Part shown: in pieces, positions 25,701 through 36,600 of the stretch
How positions within the stretch are numbered: the first letter of the stretch is position 1
How the letters are laid out: the number at the start of each line of letters is the position of its first letter
NCBI GenBank assembly: GCA_964188305.1
Contig: OZ076885.1
Reading direction: 5' to 3' (one strand)
DNA length: 64,000 nucleotides
Origin: Podarcis bocagei
Taxonomy: Eukaryota
Position numbers and translations under genes: made by a program
Notes under the pieces: model-generated
Database searches by the model: none
What the model saw: only the letters and a program-made list of their open reading frames with translations
Told to the model about the DNA's origin: nothing

Positions 25701-27201
25701 TGTAGATTTGGTGCTGGAATATGTGGATGCCTTACTTGGGAAAGGACCTCATTACTTTGGCATTGAGGTACAATTGGGTGTTCAGTTCATTCCACTATAT
25801 TTTTTACAAATGAGAAAAAGTGATGGAATGTACCTAGCTTGAAGAATTATGGAAAAACTAAGAAAAAAACAGGTTCACAGACAAGGAGTACTCCTGGATG
25901 ACCATGTGGCAGCCTAGAGACCTGGCCAAAGCGACTCATGCCCTAGTTACTCCAGACTGGAGTACCACTGTATGCTGTATCCAGCCCCCCCACCTCTACC
26001 ATGTACAATGGTTTTACATTTTTTGCACTTGGGAAGTTTCTCATTCAGCTAATGTCTCATTCAGTTATATTAAAGGTTTTATTTTCTTTTTAGTTCCCAT
26101 TATCAGCTACAACTCCAATGGTTTGGCTTCCATATTCTGCAATTGACCAGCTTCTTCAAGTGCTAGGAGAAAATGCAACCAATCACCATAACACAGTGGT
26201 AAGTATGTCTGATGGAAAATAGAAATCAATGTGTCCAGTGCTATGGATTGTCATATCTTACTGTATCACTTTGAATGTAACCTGGTGATGTTCACAAGGT
26301 GCTTTCAGCTCTGTGATTGGCCATATGCCTTTTGATCCTTGGCTTATTAAATATAACCTAGGGGGGTTGGGCCAACAGATTAGGTCCAGGGTGTGACTTC
26401 ATGGTGTAATGGATGGTCCCTGCCATCATGAAAATGCCGTGGTGTGGATACTCCTCAAGAAACCAGGCCTGGACCCATTGCTTTGACTAGCTACCAAGCA
26501 GCTGCAAATGCACTCTTCTTAGAAAATGTGGTGGATACTGAATGTGTTTGATATCAATATATAGGATATGATATGATATGAAAATGTTTTCATATATAAA
26601 TCAATTATATCTGTCTCCATGCTGTTTTGGTTACTGATTATTACAACAGTTTGTGCACTCAGTCTCCTGAAAACGGTATAAGAGCCAGCACAGAGAAATG
26701 TCTATCCTCCAGCAAATTTTTACCACAAATTAAGTTTCACTTGGGAAAATGCAAAATACTACAATAAAACTTACCTGCTGCAGGTCCTCCCCCCCCCCTG
26801 TTTCATAACTAAGGGAGTTTATAAAGCTTATGTGTCTATCATGAGCTAGACCTCAGTTCTATCTGCTGCCCTAATGCTTTCTGAAGGGAAGTGGTTGAAA
26901 CCTGAACTATGTAATCAACTGCTGGGGGTCAGAAAATACTGCAGGAATCTTTAGCATTTTCTGTTGAAATTAAATTGTTATCAGCTGCTTTGGGAGTCAG
27001 TACAGGCTGCAAAATTTGGTATAAGGCAATAAAGGGCAGTTGTATCTCTTGCATCCTCAATCCCTCAACTATACCTATTTAACAGAAAATGATTGTACTT
27101 CTGTTCCTTTCCAGCTCTATCAGAAGGTGCATGACAAATTAGAGGTCTACCAAAACCAGGTTGATAAGGCAACTCGGGATCTTCTGTATCGTCGGAACTA
27201 G
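1020..27201 (+). CDS. NUP160: Nucleoporin 160 (Y-complex), 5'-partial; 34 coding exons visible (about exons 3-36 by analogy with human)
   Basis: Exons: 1020-1230, 2215-2437, 2823-2907, 4377-4491, 4801-4959, 5857-5934, 6323-6420, 7310-7394, 8136-8204, 8502-8585, 8943-9113, 9592-9691, 10483-10648, 11486-11613, 11723-11883, 12519-12649, 12823-12893, 13492-13648, 15070-15139, 15980-16078, 16665-16784, 16901-16996, 17117-17211, 17479-17575, 17657-17762, 18782-18942, 20712-20772, 21994-22104, 22691-22814, 23705-23806, 24291-24432, 25642-25767, 26094-26198, 27115-27201 (stop TAG). Phases are consistent. Peptides match vertebrate NUP160, e.g. TLELVEESLDINLLNN, ELKQSSVMQRLLTGWMPTAIRG, RARAVDLMTHNYYELLYAFH, LLSHGVPLPNWLINSYK, VDAAELLRLYLNYDLLEEA, QVDKATRDLLYRRN*. 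Confidence 0.97.
1845..2026 (+). mobile_element. Degenerate tRNA-derived SINE with CR1-like tail
   Basis: Decayed B-box region (GGCTTAAATCCC) and a 3' end GGTATAAGGCAGCTTCCTATGTTCC. Family recognised from memory. Confidence 0.45.
2908..4376 (+). other. NUP160: Non-canonical GC-AG intron of NUP160
   Basis: The upstream exon ends ...ATC AG|GCTAGT and the next exon starts ttccag|A GGA GAC. Only this junction gives the conserved TAIRGDQ frame. Confidence 0.8.
3077..3475 (-). mobile_element. BovB (RTE clade) LINE, 5'-truncated 3' end
   Basis: Open peptide RVPWTARRTNLSILKEISPECSLEGQIVKLRLQYFGHLMRR..WRALVHGVTKSRT is the BovB C-terminus. 12-bp TSD TCAGCCAGGTCT at 3065-3076 and 3476-3487. Confidence 0.93.
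7676..7730. repeat. Compound microsatellite (TC)n(GT)n
   Basis: Read directly from the sequence. Confidence 0.95.
10732..10791. repeat. Compound microsatellite (GT)n(GA)n
   Basis: Read directly from the sequence. Confidence 0.95.
14214..14398. mobile_element. Non-autonomous hAT (Charlie-like) MITE
   Basis: Ends CAGGGTAGTCAACCT and AGGTTGACAACCCCTG. Perfect 8-bp TSD ATCTAGAG (14206-14213, 14399-14406). Confidence 0.88.
14890..15025 (+). mobile_element. CR1 LINE fragment
   Basis: Decayed coding sequence resembling the CR1 ORF2 C-terminus (TKMIKGLE..EERL..LGLFS..KRR..DMIEV). Confidence 0.7.
17914..18172. mobile_element. Non-autonomous hAT (Charlie-like) MITE
   Basis: Ends CAGGGATCGGCAA and TTGCAGACCCCTG. 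Perfect 8-bp TSD TGCTAGAG (17906-17913, 18173-18180). CpG-rich interior. Confidence 0.88.
19034..19270. mobile_element. Tc1/mariner (pogo/Tigger-like) MITE
   Basis: Perfect TIR CAGTGGTACCTCGGGTTA, TA duplication on both sides, internal repeats of TAACCTGAA. Confidence 0.92.
19935..20183. mobile_element. Tc1/mariner (pogo/Tigger-like) MITE, second family
   Basis: Ends TA|CAGTGGAACCTTGGAA and TTCCAAGGTACGTCTG. Internal hairpin. Related to the copy at 57522-57763. Confidence 0.82.
21316..21597. repeat. Perfect 38-bp inverted repeat with a 206-nt spacer
   Basis: GAAACATATGATAGTCTTTTGGGCCAGCCATGTGACCC (21316-21353) is the exact reverse complement of 21560-21597. Confidence 0.95.
24647..25026 (+). 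mobile_element. Sauria SINE, full length
   Basis: tRNA-like head with A box (TGGCGCTGTGG) and B box (GGTTTGAATCC), core GTAGATAAATAGGTACC, and (ACCTTT)n tail. 14-bp TSD TAATGTTGTAAATG (24633-24646, 25027-25040). Confidence 0.93.
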
Positions 27202-27646
27202 CAGATGGACCTGGATTGTGTGACTTTACTTAATCACCTTGTGCCTGGTGGCCCTTCAGACAAAGCTACAAGAAAAGACTGTGCTAATGTGCATAACTGG
27301 CATGAAGTATGTGTGAAGCATTTGCTTTGCATGGATTGGCTGGAGTCATAGGGAACCCTGTGCGCTGCTGGTGGTGCTATTATTACAAATTCTATTTTTT
27401 CACAATGAACCAAACATTCCCTACCAGGGAATGATAGACTTTTTAAAATAAATATGTTGGGGACGCTGAATTAAATTTAAGCTTTTAAGCCTGTGCCGAA
27501 CTGGGTGCTAAATCATTTCCAGCAATGAAACCCTGGTTGTACATTGCATGTTCCTACCATCTTTCTACTGAATTATTCCTTATACTGTACTATATATGGG
27601 AGCTAATGTTGGTCTTATTTATTGTGACAGTTTTTGAATTATCTTT

Positions 27647-27652
27647 AATAAA
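27647..27652 (+). terminator. Probable NUP160 polyadenylation signal
   Basis: AATAAA about 450 nt after the stop, with upstream TGTA motifs and downstream T-rich sequence. A second AATAAA lies at 27447-27452. Confidence 0.6.
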
Positions 27653-28525
27653 ATGAAAACTTTGTTTAAAAATCCAGAGTCGTTTTTCACAATAGCTTAT
27701 TGCAGTGCATCTTTCCATAGGGAAAGATGTATTTTGAAGGAGACAAATAGAAAGTGTGATCTGATATTTCCATTGAAGGAGGAAATGGGGACAGATAATG
27801 ATCAGTTATTTACTAGTTCTCATTGGAAGTTTCTATTCCTGACTGTACTGACAATTTTATTCCAGTGGAAAATTTACTGAAGTAATGTCAATGCTTCATG
27901 CTTGTGCAATATTTCTTTTGCAACTTTGAGTGTAAATGACATCATCAACAACACAAAAACTAGGTGCTAGCACCTGAGTTTCAAATAGAAAGATGTCATT
28001 GTATTGATGATTGGTATGGGTTATGACCACGTTCTCTCAAGTGACATTGAGGCCAGTGTCCTGATCTGCAGGCCCAAAGGAGTGCCTGTGCGAGCGGCTT
28101 GATGGAGGGATACCAAAGGAGGATGTAAAAAAATGTGAAAATGGCCACTTCCAGTGCTTTATTAAAGAAAAGTGATCTTGCATCACAGCCAGCAGAGCCC
28201 TGCTGCTTTTACAGACTCTGAATGGACGCCAAGCAGTTGTCATGACTTGTTTGCTAGGCGCCAATATGTTAAGAATTACATATACACATACTTTTTGGAG
28301 AGGCGAACCATTGCTGGAGCTGCCTTGTCAATATGCTTGTCCAGCTCAGAAAGCAAATAAAGCAGTTAGACCCCTGCGCAACTGAGATAGCGTTTGAGCA
28401 TAGATGTGGGCCTAATTTTCTAGCTGGTTTCTTACCAGTAAAAACTAAAATGGAATACAAAGTGTATAACATGAAGAACTGTTTTCAGACCAAGGGCTAC
28501 ATTACCCCGGGGCAAAGCTGTAGAG

Positions 28526-28638
28526 CAGGGGTGGATTACCTGTGTTCAGCTACACCTCCCATCAGCCCTAGCCAGTATACCTGAGAGACAGAGATGAGAG
28601 CTCAGCAACATCTGGAGGGCACAAGGTTAACCACCCTG
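28526..28638. mobile_element. Older hAT MITE
   Basis: Ends CAGGGGTGG and ACCACCCTG. Imperfect 8-bp TSD CTGTAGAG/CTATAGAA. Confidence 0.65.
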
Positions 28639-28939
28639 CTATAGAATGCCATGCTGCAGTAGTGGACGAGGCTTGACACAATAATACATACTTATCAGAG
28701 AGCTATTTTCCATGGAAATAAAATATGTGTATTTAGGTCAGTCACTCCTTCCATTTTCTCTAAATGCTTTTTAAAAAGTTTATTACTTAAATAAAAGGTT
28801 TTCCCTTTATCTGTTCTGTTAATTGTGTAGCAATCCCAGCAAAAGAATGCATATGTCAATGCATAGTCTCAAACATCTAAATGCAATTGTATTTTATCCT
28901 GAAAAAGTAGCTAATTTTTACAAATGCAAACAGACAAAT

Positions 28940-29080
28940 GCATGTGGAGGAGCGGAGCCTCACTCACCTCACAGAGTGTTTGTTGTGGGGGAGGAAGGGA
29001 AAGGAGAATGTTAGCTGCTTTGAGACTCCTTCAGGTAGTGATAAAGCGGGATATCAAATCCAAACTCCTCTTCCTCTTCT
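28940..29080 (+). mobile_element. Squamate SINE 3' portion
   Basis: CCTCACAGAGTGTTTGTTGTGGGGGAGG...AAAGCGGGATATCAAATCCAAAC followed by a (CTT)-like tail. Family recognised from memory. Confidence 0.55.
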
Positions 29081-29367
29081 ACTTACATAAATTAAACTGA
29101 TTTGTATTTTTACTGTCTTTTGTAGTCTTATCTATTTATTAACATGAATTAAAGAAAGAAAAAACCAGGAAAAAAAGAAAAAGGTGTAGTTTGACTTCCT
29201 ATCATATCCCTCTCAGTGTATATAATTATATAATGAATATACCTATCATTATTGAGTTATTCTTTATATTCCTTCTACATTCTTACAACTGTGAGTACCT
29301 TTTGTTGCTTAGTCACATTATGAGTCCCATGAGGAGTGGGTGCATCCGGGGCTGCCTTGCAAGTAGC

Positions 29368-29945
29368 TGCTTCTTTGGCGATCACTCGTAGCCAAGTAAG
29401 GTTGTCTTCCATAAACACGGTTTTAACAATGAGTCCGTAAGTGACTGTGAAGGCCAATTCTGGACCCACACGTCCTTCCACAGAGTTGATCACGGTGTGG
29501 ATTTGCCAAGCGTGCCGTCCTCCTAGTATGTTTCTCCCTTGCGTCCTGAGTTCGAGTGTCTTCAAAGCCCATGACACCTTAGATAAAGGCTGTTCTCCAA
29601 CTGGAGCGCTCGCAGGCAAGTGTTTCCAAATTGCTGGTGTTTATATTACATTTTTAAATATTTGTCTTGAGACAGCCTTTAAACCTCTTTTGTTGACCAC
29701 CAGCATTACGCTTTCCATTTTTAAGTTCGGATTAGAGTCATAGCTGTCAACCTTCCCGTTTTTGCGGGAAATTCCCTTATTCCAGCGCCGTTTCCCGCTG
29801 CTATCCCGGATTGTTAGATATCCCGTAAACGGTCCCCGGGACAGGTGAAGCTGCTGATCCCTTCTTTTCGAGGCTGATGATCCCTTATTTTCAAATCTGA
29901 ACGTTGATAGCTATGATTAGAGTAGTTGCTTTGGAAGAAGGATGC
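29368..29945 (-). mobile_element. RTE-clade LINE 3' fragment, interrupted by a hAT MITE
   Basis: After removing the MITE and one TSD copy, the minus strand reads LPKQLL*SELKNGKRNAGGQQKRFKGCLK..LETLACERSSWR, a typical RTE ORF C-terminus. Confidence 0.8.
29739..29915. mobile_element. hAT-type MITE in the FNBP4 proximal promoter
   Basis: TIR CATAGCTGTCAAC / GTTGATAGCTATG (one mismatch). Perfect 8-bp TSD ATTAGAGT (29731-29738, 29916-29923). Confidence 0.9.
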
Positions 29946-29949
29946 CGAA

Positions 29950-30650
29950 GGGAAGCGCTAAGAAATGTATCAGCGGCGAGCGCGCCTGCCCTAGCTCGGG
30001 GTCCTTGTCAAGGAAACCGGCGCCGCGCCTGGCGGGGCGGGGCGGCGCGGCGCTGGGCGGCGCTGGGCGCAGGCCCCGCCCCGGCATCCCGACACCCTTT
30101 GCGCTCCGCCCCACCCTCGGCGGACAGGCAGGCTTCTCTCCGCCTCGTCCGGCCTCTTCCCTCTGCCTTCTCCGGCGGCGTCTCCTTCGCGCGCGCGGAG
30201 TGAGGCTCGGAGCAGCTCCCATGGGGAAGAAGTCGCGGGCGGCGCCAGCGGGGCGCAGGCCTATTCTCCAGCTGTCGCCGCCTGGGCCTCGCGGAGGCCG
30301 GGAAGAAGCGGCACTCGGCGATGGGGACTCGGCGTCGGAAGCGGGTGAGGGCGCAGGCAGGCCGCGCGGCCTAGGCGCTTGGCGGGGGGCTTCGTGTCCC
30401 TTCGGGGCTTCCGCTGAAAGAGATACCTGGTCTTGTGACGCTCAATGGGGCGCTTCCCCACCGCGAGAGCACAGGGGTTTTTTTTGGGGGGGGGGCGTTT
30501 AAGGCTTTGTTTATAAGGCCGCCTCTCAGCCCCCCTCCCACCCCCGGCGCCTTTGCCGCAGTAGTTTGGTCCCTGTGGTTGATCGTGTCACCCGGGTGTG
30601 TCCGGCTGCCCGCCTTCTGGCCCCGTTCCTTGCACTGGCGCATCGTTTCC
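29950..30650 (+). promoter_or_regulatory. CpG-island promoter of FNBP4
   Basis: Very GC- and CpG-rich, with several GGGCGG/CCGCCC Sp1-type boxes. It spans the FNBP4 start codon and first donor. Confidence 0.9.
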
Positions 30651-33600
30651 ACTGTGTCAACACCATTATCTTAGTCCTCGTTGTTTATCTTACGAGGTTC
30701 CCAAGGGCTCTTTCAAATTCTTAATCTTGGTCGCCCTTCCCACTACTGGATGACCTGGCTGTTGCTTTTGCCCATTTTGCAGACGGGAAGCCTGAGGCTG
30801 GGAGATCCTTCTTCCAGGCCTCCTAGTCAGTTTGCCTGTGTTTGTTGGTACTCGCTCTGCTTCCTTAGACACCCCCCCACACACACTCCTTTCCCGGGCT
30901 CTTGTTCTTCGATATGTTTAGCTTAATTCTATTGTCCCTTTAATCTAGTTAGCAAAAGCTGTGTAAAGAAATAAAGCTGAAATCCTGTGTGGGCTTACTT
31001 GGGAGTTAGCATCATTGAGCACAATGGAATTAAAATTCCAGGTAAATTCCCATAGGATTGTGCTGTCTTTCTAGTCTTGACCCTCTCGTTCTCCAAGGTG
31101 GTGATTGCTGTATCCTGTACACAAAATACATATATAGATGCTTCCTTTTTTTCTCTTGATCCGACCTGTGCCTGTGGGATTAGCCTACCGAACAGGAGAC
31201 ACAATGTTTCTGAGTTCCTGTTCAGTCTGCTGTTCTACCTAGATTGCTTGGTTCCTGTGAAACTTTAGCTTGGGCTGATGCTGCCATTTCAATAGGGATT
31301 AGTGTAGTGCTCTTGTGCATAGTGGGTGTATTGTGAGGAGTATTGGTGTATGATGGAGGAGGATGCTGACTCCATGTTACTCTACGACATTAGTGGGGAA
31401 TCTTTGGTCCACAGGCTCAGTGGATCCTTTCAGCCAAGCCACCCACCTGCCCTACATCTGATGTCTATTACAGACAGAGCTTGGATTAAAGGAGCTTTTT
31501 CTACTATATTCCTTGCACAGGGCTGCCCAAGCACTGGCTATCAATGGATTGTCAGAGCTTGGGAAATTCTGTGCACAGGTTGTACAGCCTGCCAAGCGTC
31601 ATGCATAGTGCTCCACAAGACTCAATGACCAGCTAATCATCACTAAACCATGTAGGCAAAAATGGGTCATCTGATGTAATTGTGATGCCTGGTGATTGAC
31701 AGGTAGACGGCCCCACCCACCTGTCAAACTTGGCCTGTGGGGTGGGTAGGAGAGAGAATGATCTGGACAGGTGACTGGATGCATTTTCTTTTTGTGCTCT
31801 CCAGCAATCCTGGTACCAGTACAGTGTAGTATAGTTCATATTATGTACATCCCCTTATTCTTGGGTGTTGTCATTTTTATTTATGTAATATATATTGTAT
31901 TTATATCTTGTCAACTTCCCAGGTGGCATTCCAGCCAAGCACTAACCAGACCCAGATGTGCTTTAGTATGTACCCTGTAGCTTCAGAATATGGGTGTTGT
32001 AGGCATGTATAGAAACATCAGTGTATAATTAAATCTGCATCTTTTAGCTTATTTATTTGCTAAAATTTCCATTGTTATGTACCCCATTGTTATTTAGACT
32101 GCAAGCTCTATTTGTTTCTCTTGGAGCTGTTGTTTTGTAAAGCACAATGTACACTGATTTGTGCATGCATGTACACATTTATAAGTTTTCTTACCAACTC
32201 GTCACCAGAAACACCCATGGTTGGTTACAACAATATAATCATATAGTTATTAAAACCAACTAAAATGTTGATGGTTATAAAACATAGAACAGGAAAACCA
32301 ACCAAAACAGTTTAGATTCACCAAAAGAGGAGAGTGCCGCAAAACAATATACCTTTACTGTCAAAGCCTAGGTGTTTTCAGCATATGGCAGAAACTACAG
32401 TGAGAGGGAAATGTATTTGATCCCCTGCTAAATTTGCCCGTTTGCTCTCTGACAAAGAAATGACCAGTTCATAATTTTAATGGTAGGTTTATTGTAGCTG
32501 TGAGAGACAGAATAACAACAGGAAAACCCCCAGAAACCCAGAAGACAAAAGTCAGAGATTGATGTGCATTATAATGAGTGAAATAAGTATTTGATCCCCT
32601 ATCATATCAACCAGCCAGATGTCAGGCTACTTGGTATCTTCACTGTATGTAAGGAGCTGAGATTAGAAGCACCTGCTGTAAGGGAGAGGTCTTACCTGTA
32701 ATCCCAGCTCGTTACAGTACCTGTACAAAAGACACCTGTCGACAGAAGCAATCAATCCAGCAGATTCCAAAGTAGCCACCATGACCAAGACCAAAGAGCT
32801 GTCCAAGGATGTCAGGGACAAGATTGTAGACCTGCACAAGGCTGGACTGGGCTACAAGACTATTGCCAACTAGCTTGGTGAGAAGGTGACAACAGTTGGT
32901 GCAATAATTTGCAAATGGAAGAAAAACAAAATAACTGTCAGCCTCCCTCGGTTTGAGGCTCCATGCAAGATCTCATCTTGTGGAGTTGCAATGATCATGA
33001 AAACGGTGATGAAGCCACCCAGAACTACATGGGGGGAACTTGTCAATGATCTCAGGGCAGCTGGGACCATAGTCACCATGAAAACAGTTGGTAACACACT
33101 ACACCATGAAGGACTGAGATCTTGCAGAGCCCACAAGGTCCCCTTGCTCAAGACAGCACATGTTTGCCAATGCACGTCTGAATGACCCAGAGGAGAACTG
33201 GGTGAAAGTGTTGTGGTCAGATGAGACCAAAATCGAGCTCTTTGGCATCAATTCAACTTGCCATGTTTGGAGGAGGAGGAATGCTGCCTACGACCCCAAG
33301 AACACCATCCCCATCATCAAACATGGATGGGGACATATTATGCCTTGGGGGTGTTTTTCTGCTAAGGGGACAGGACACCTTCACCGCATCGAAGGGACGA
33401 TGGACGGGACATGTATTGTCAAATCTTGGGTTTGACGAAAATCGAAAATCTGTGAAGGGAGCTGAAGGTTCGAGTAGCTACACATCAGCCTCGAAATCTT
33501 ACTGACTTGGAGAGGATCTGCAAAGAGGAATGGGACAAAATACCTCCTGAGATGTGTGCAAACCTGGTGGCCACTTACAAGAAACGTCTGACCTCTGTAA

Positions 33601-36600
33601 TTGCCAACAAGGGTTTTGCCACCAAGTACTAAGTCATCTTTTGCAAAGGGATCAAATACTTATTTCACTCATTATAATGCACATCAATCTCTGATTTTTG
33701 TCTTCTGGGTTTCTGGGGGTTTTCCTGTTGTTATTCTGTCTCTCACAGCTACCATAAACCTACCATTAAAATTATAAACTGGTCATTTCATTGTCAGAGG
33801 GCAAGTGGGCAAATTTAGCAGGGGATCAAATACTTTCCCCCCTCACTGTATATGACAAAAACATCTGGGAAGTAAGTTCCACAATTAGAGGCTGACTCAG
33901 GGAAAGCCCTCTCCTGGGCTGCCATTCCTCACACTTCTGAGGGTAGCAGAACTTCCAAGAGAGCCCCCTTTGCCGATCTTAGTAACCAGTATAGTCTGTT
34001 GGGAAGCTGTCTTTCAAGTATTTGGAGCCTAAGCCACTTAGGGCTTCAAACAGCAATGTGAGAAGAATGTTTTGCAGCAGCAGTCCACAGAGAGTAGCTG
34101 CTATGCAAACAATGCTGGGAGGAACTGATAATATATTTTCTCAAGTGCGAAAGCCTATTTGAAAACTGTTTTAGGATTTTCCCAGGTGCATGTAAGAATG
34201 GTTTTTATTATTTATTTACTCTGTTTCATACCCTGCAATTTTTAGCCCTGAAGGCTTTTCAGGCAGCTTATAAATAAAAGCAGCAAAGAATAAAGCAGTG
34301 GACAACTGTATAATTCCATAAAATACATTACAGTATAAAAACAATATATAATAATAATAATAATAATAATTTTTTATTTATACCCCGCCCTCCCCAGCCA
34401 AGGCCGGGCTCAGAGCGGCTTACAAGCAATAATAAAAACAAGATGAGTGATTACAACTTAAAAACAAAAATAAAATACAACATTAAAATAATGGAACATT
34501 AAAATATTAAAATGGAGCCTCATTGCAGGAGAAGGAAAAGAAAAAAGAAAAAGGGGGCGGAGGGAATCAAATTGGCTCCAATCCAAAGGCCAGGCGGAAC
34601 AACTCTGTCTTACAGGCCCTGCGGAAAGAGATCAGATCCTGCAGGGCCCTGGTCTCATGAGACAGAGCGTTCCACCAAGTTGGGGCCAGTGCTGAAAAGG
34701 CCCTGGCTCTGGTTGAAGCCAATCTAACTTCCTTAGGGCCTGGGACCACTAGGGTGTTGTTATTTATGGACCTTGAGGCTCTCCGTGGGGCATACCAGGC
34801 GAGGCGGTCCCGTAGGTACGAGGGTCCTAGGCCGTGAAGGGCTTTAAAGGTCAAAAGCAGCACCTTAAATCTGACCCTGTACTCCACCGGGAGCCAGTGC
34901 AGCTTGAAAAGCACTGGATGAATATGCTCCCATGGCAGAGACCCTGTGAGGAGCCTCGCTGCAGCATTCTGTACCCGCTGGAGTTTCTGGGACAGCTTCA
35001 AGGGCAGCCCCGCGTAGAGCGAGTTACAGTAGTCAAGCCTGGAGATGACTGTCGCATGGATCACTGTGGCCAGGTCGGGGCGGGAAAGGTAAGGGACCAA
35101 CTGCTTGATGCGGCGAAGGTGGAAAAATGTCGCCTTGGCTGTTGCTGTGACTTGCGCCTCCATGGAAAGGGAGGCGTCAAGGATTACACCCAAACTCTTA
35201 ACGGAAGGTAATGGCACTAATTGGGCCCCCGCAAGAGAAGGGAGTTGGTCCCTCATCCCCATGCTATCCCGACCTAGCCATAGGACCTCTGTCTTTGAAG
35301 GATTTAGTTTCAATCGGCTCCCACGAAACCATCCAGCCACAGCTTCCAAGCATCTGGTCAGTGTGTAAGGGGCCGAGTTGGTGTGGCCATCCATCAGTAG
35401 ATAGAGCTGAGTGTCATCAGCATATTGATGACAGCCCAGCCCAAAGCTCCGGATAATCTGAGCAAGGGGGCGCATAAAGATGTTAAAAAGCATTGGGGAG
35501 AGAATTGCGCCCTGCGGCACTCCACACACCAAGGAGTGGCGTGACGACATTTCCCTCCCTAGTGCCACCCTCTGTCCCCGACCAGAGATAAAAGAGCACA
35601 ACCAGTTACGGGCTATGCCCTGTATCCCCACGTCTGCAAGGCGATGGTCCAGAAGATCATGATCGACCATGTCAAAAGCTGCTGACAAATCTAAAAGGAT
35701 CAGCAGTCCTGACCCGCCTCGATCCAGTTGTCTACGGATATCATCTGTTAGGGCAACCAGAGCCGTCTCCGTCCCAAAACCAGGACGGAAACCGGACTGA
35801 AATGGATCTAATGCCGATGTTTCCTCCAGAAACCTATAGCATCACTATCCAAAAAGCTTAATAAAGAACCAGGTTTTCACTGCCTCTCTCAATGGTTTTC
35901 CTGAGGTGGGCATTCCAAATGATTGTGTTGAGCTGGAAAGGCCTTGAAAATTCTTGCTGATTTATTTGCTGTAGCCTTTCTCTGATACTGATTTTATTTA
36001 TCTGTCTGCAAGGGTATTGCCAACCTAGCGGTTCGAAAGCATGTCAAAGCGCAAGTAGATAAATAGGTACCGCTCCGGCGGGAAGGTAAATGGTGTTTTC
36101 GTGTGCAGCTCTGGTTCGCCAGAAGCAGCTTAGTCATGCTGGCCACATGACCCGGAAGCTGTACGCCAGCTCCCTCGGCCAATAAAGCGAGATGAGCGCC
36201 GCAACCCCACAGTCGGTCACGACTGGACCTAATGGTCAGGGGTCCCTTTACTTTACCTTTTTTAAAGGGTATTTATAAACTAGTAACTCGTAAGAAAAAT
36301 GTCATTGATTGTGTTACAGGCTATCCCCAGCTAATGGGGTCCAGGAGGAAGGACGTGCTGTTTTGTAGGGTGGTGGTAAGGGGATGACTTAGAGATGAAT
36401 AGAATCAGATGAGTGATTTTGTGCTGTAGTAGCACATTTAAGGTCAGGCACAATAATTAAAACAGTGTGGAATTTGTGTCTTCTCACTTGTAACAGCACA
36501 GGAATTACCCAGGTGGAATGTCTTAACACTCAGGCAACCACATTCTACATAGCATTCAGTAACAATGATTACTCTAACTGGGGGCAAAGATTGTGCTTTC

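Noticed and set aside
29942-30220. In-frame upstream ATG giving a 93-codon N-terminal extension of FNBP4 (ORF 29942-30502)
   Set aside because: The ATG lies at the edge of an RTE fragment, upstream of the GC boxes and probably of the transcription start. Stop-free frames are expected in GC-rich islands, and the conserved protein starts at MGKKSR.
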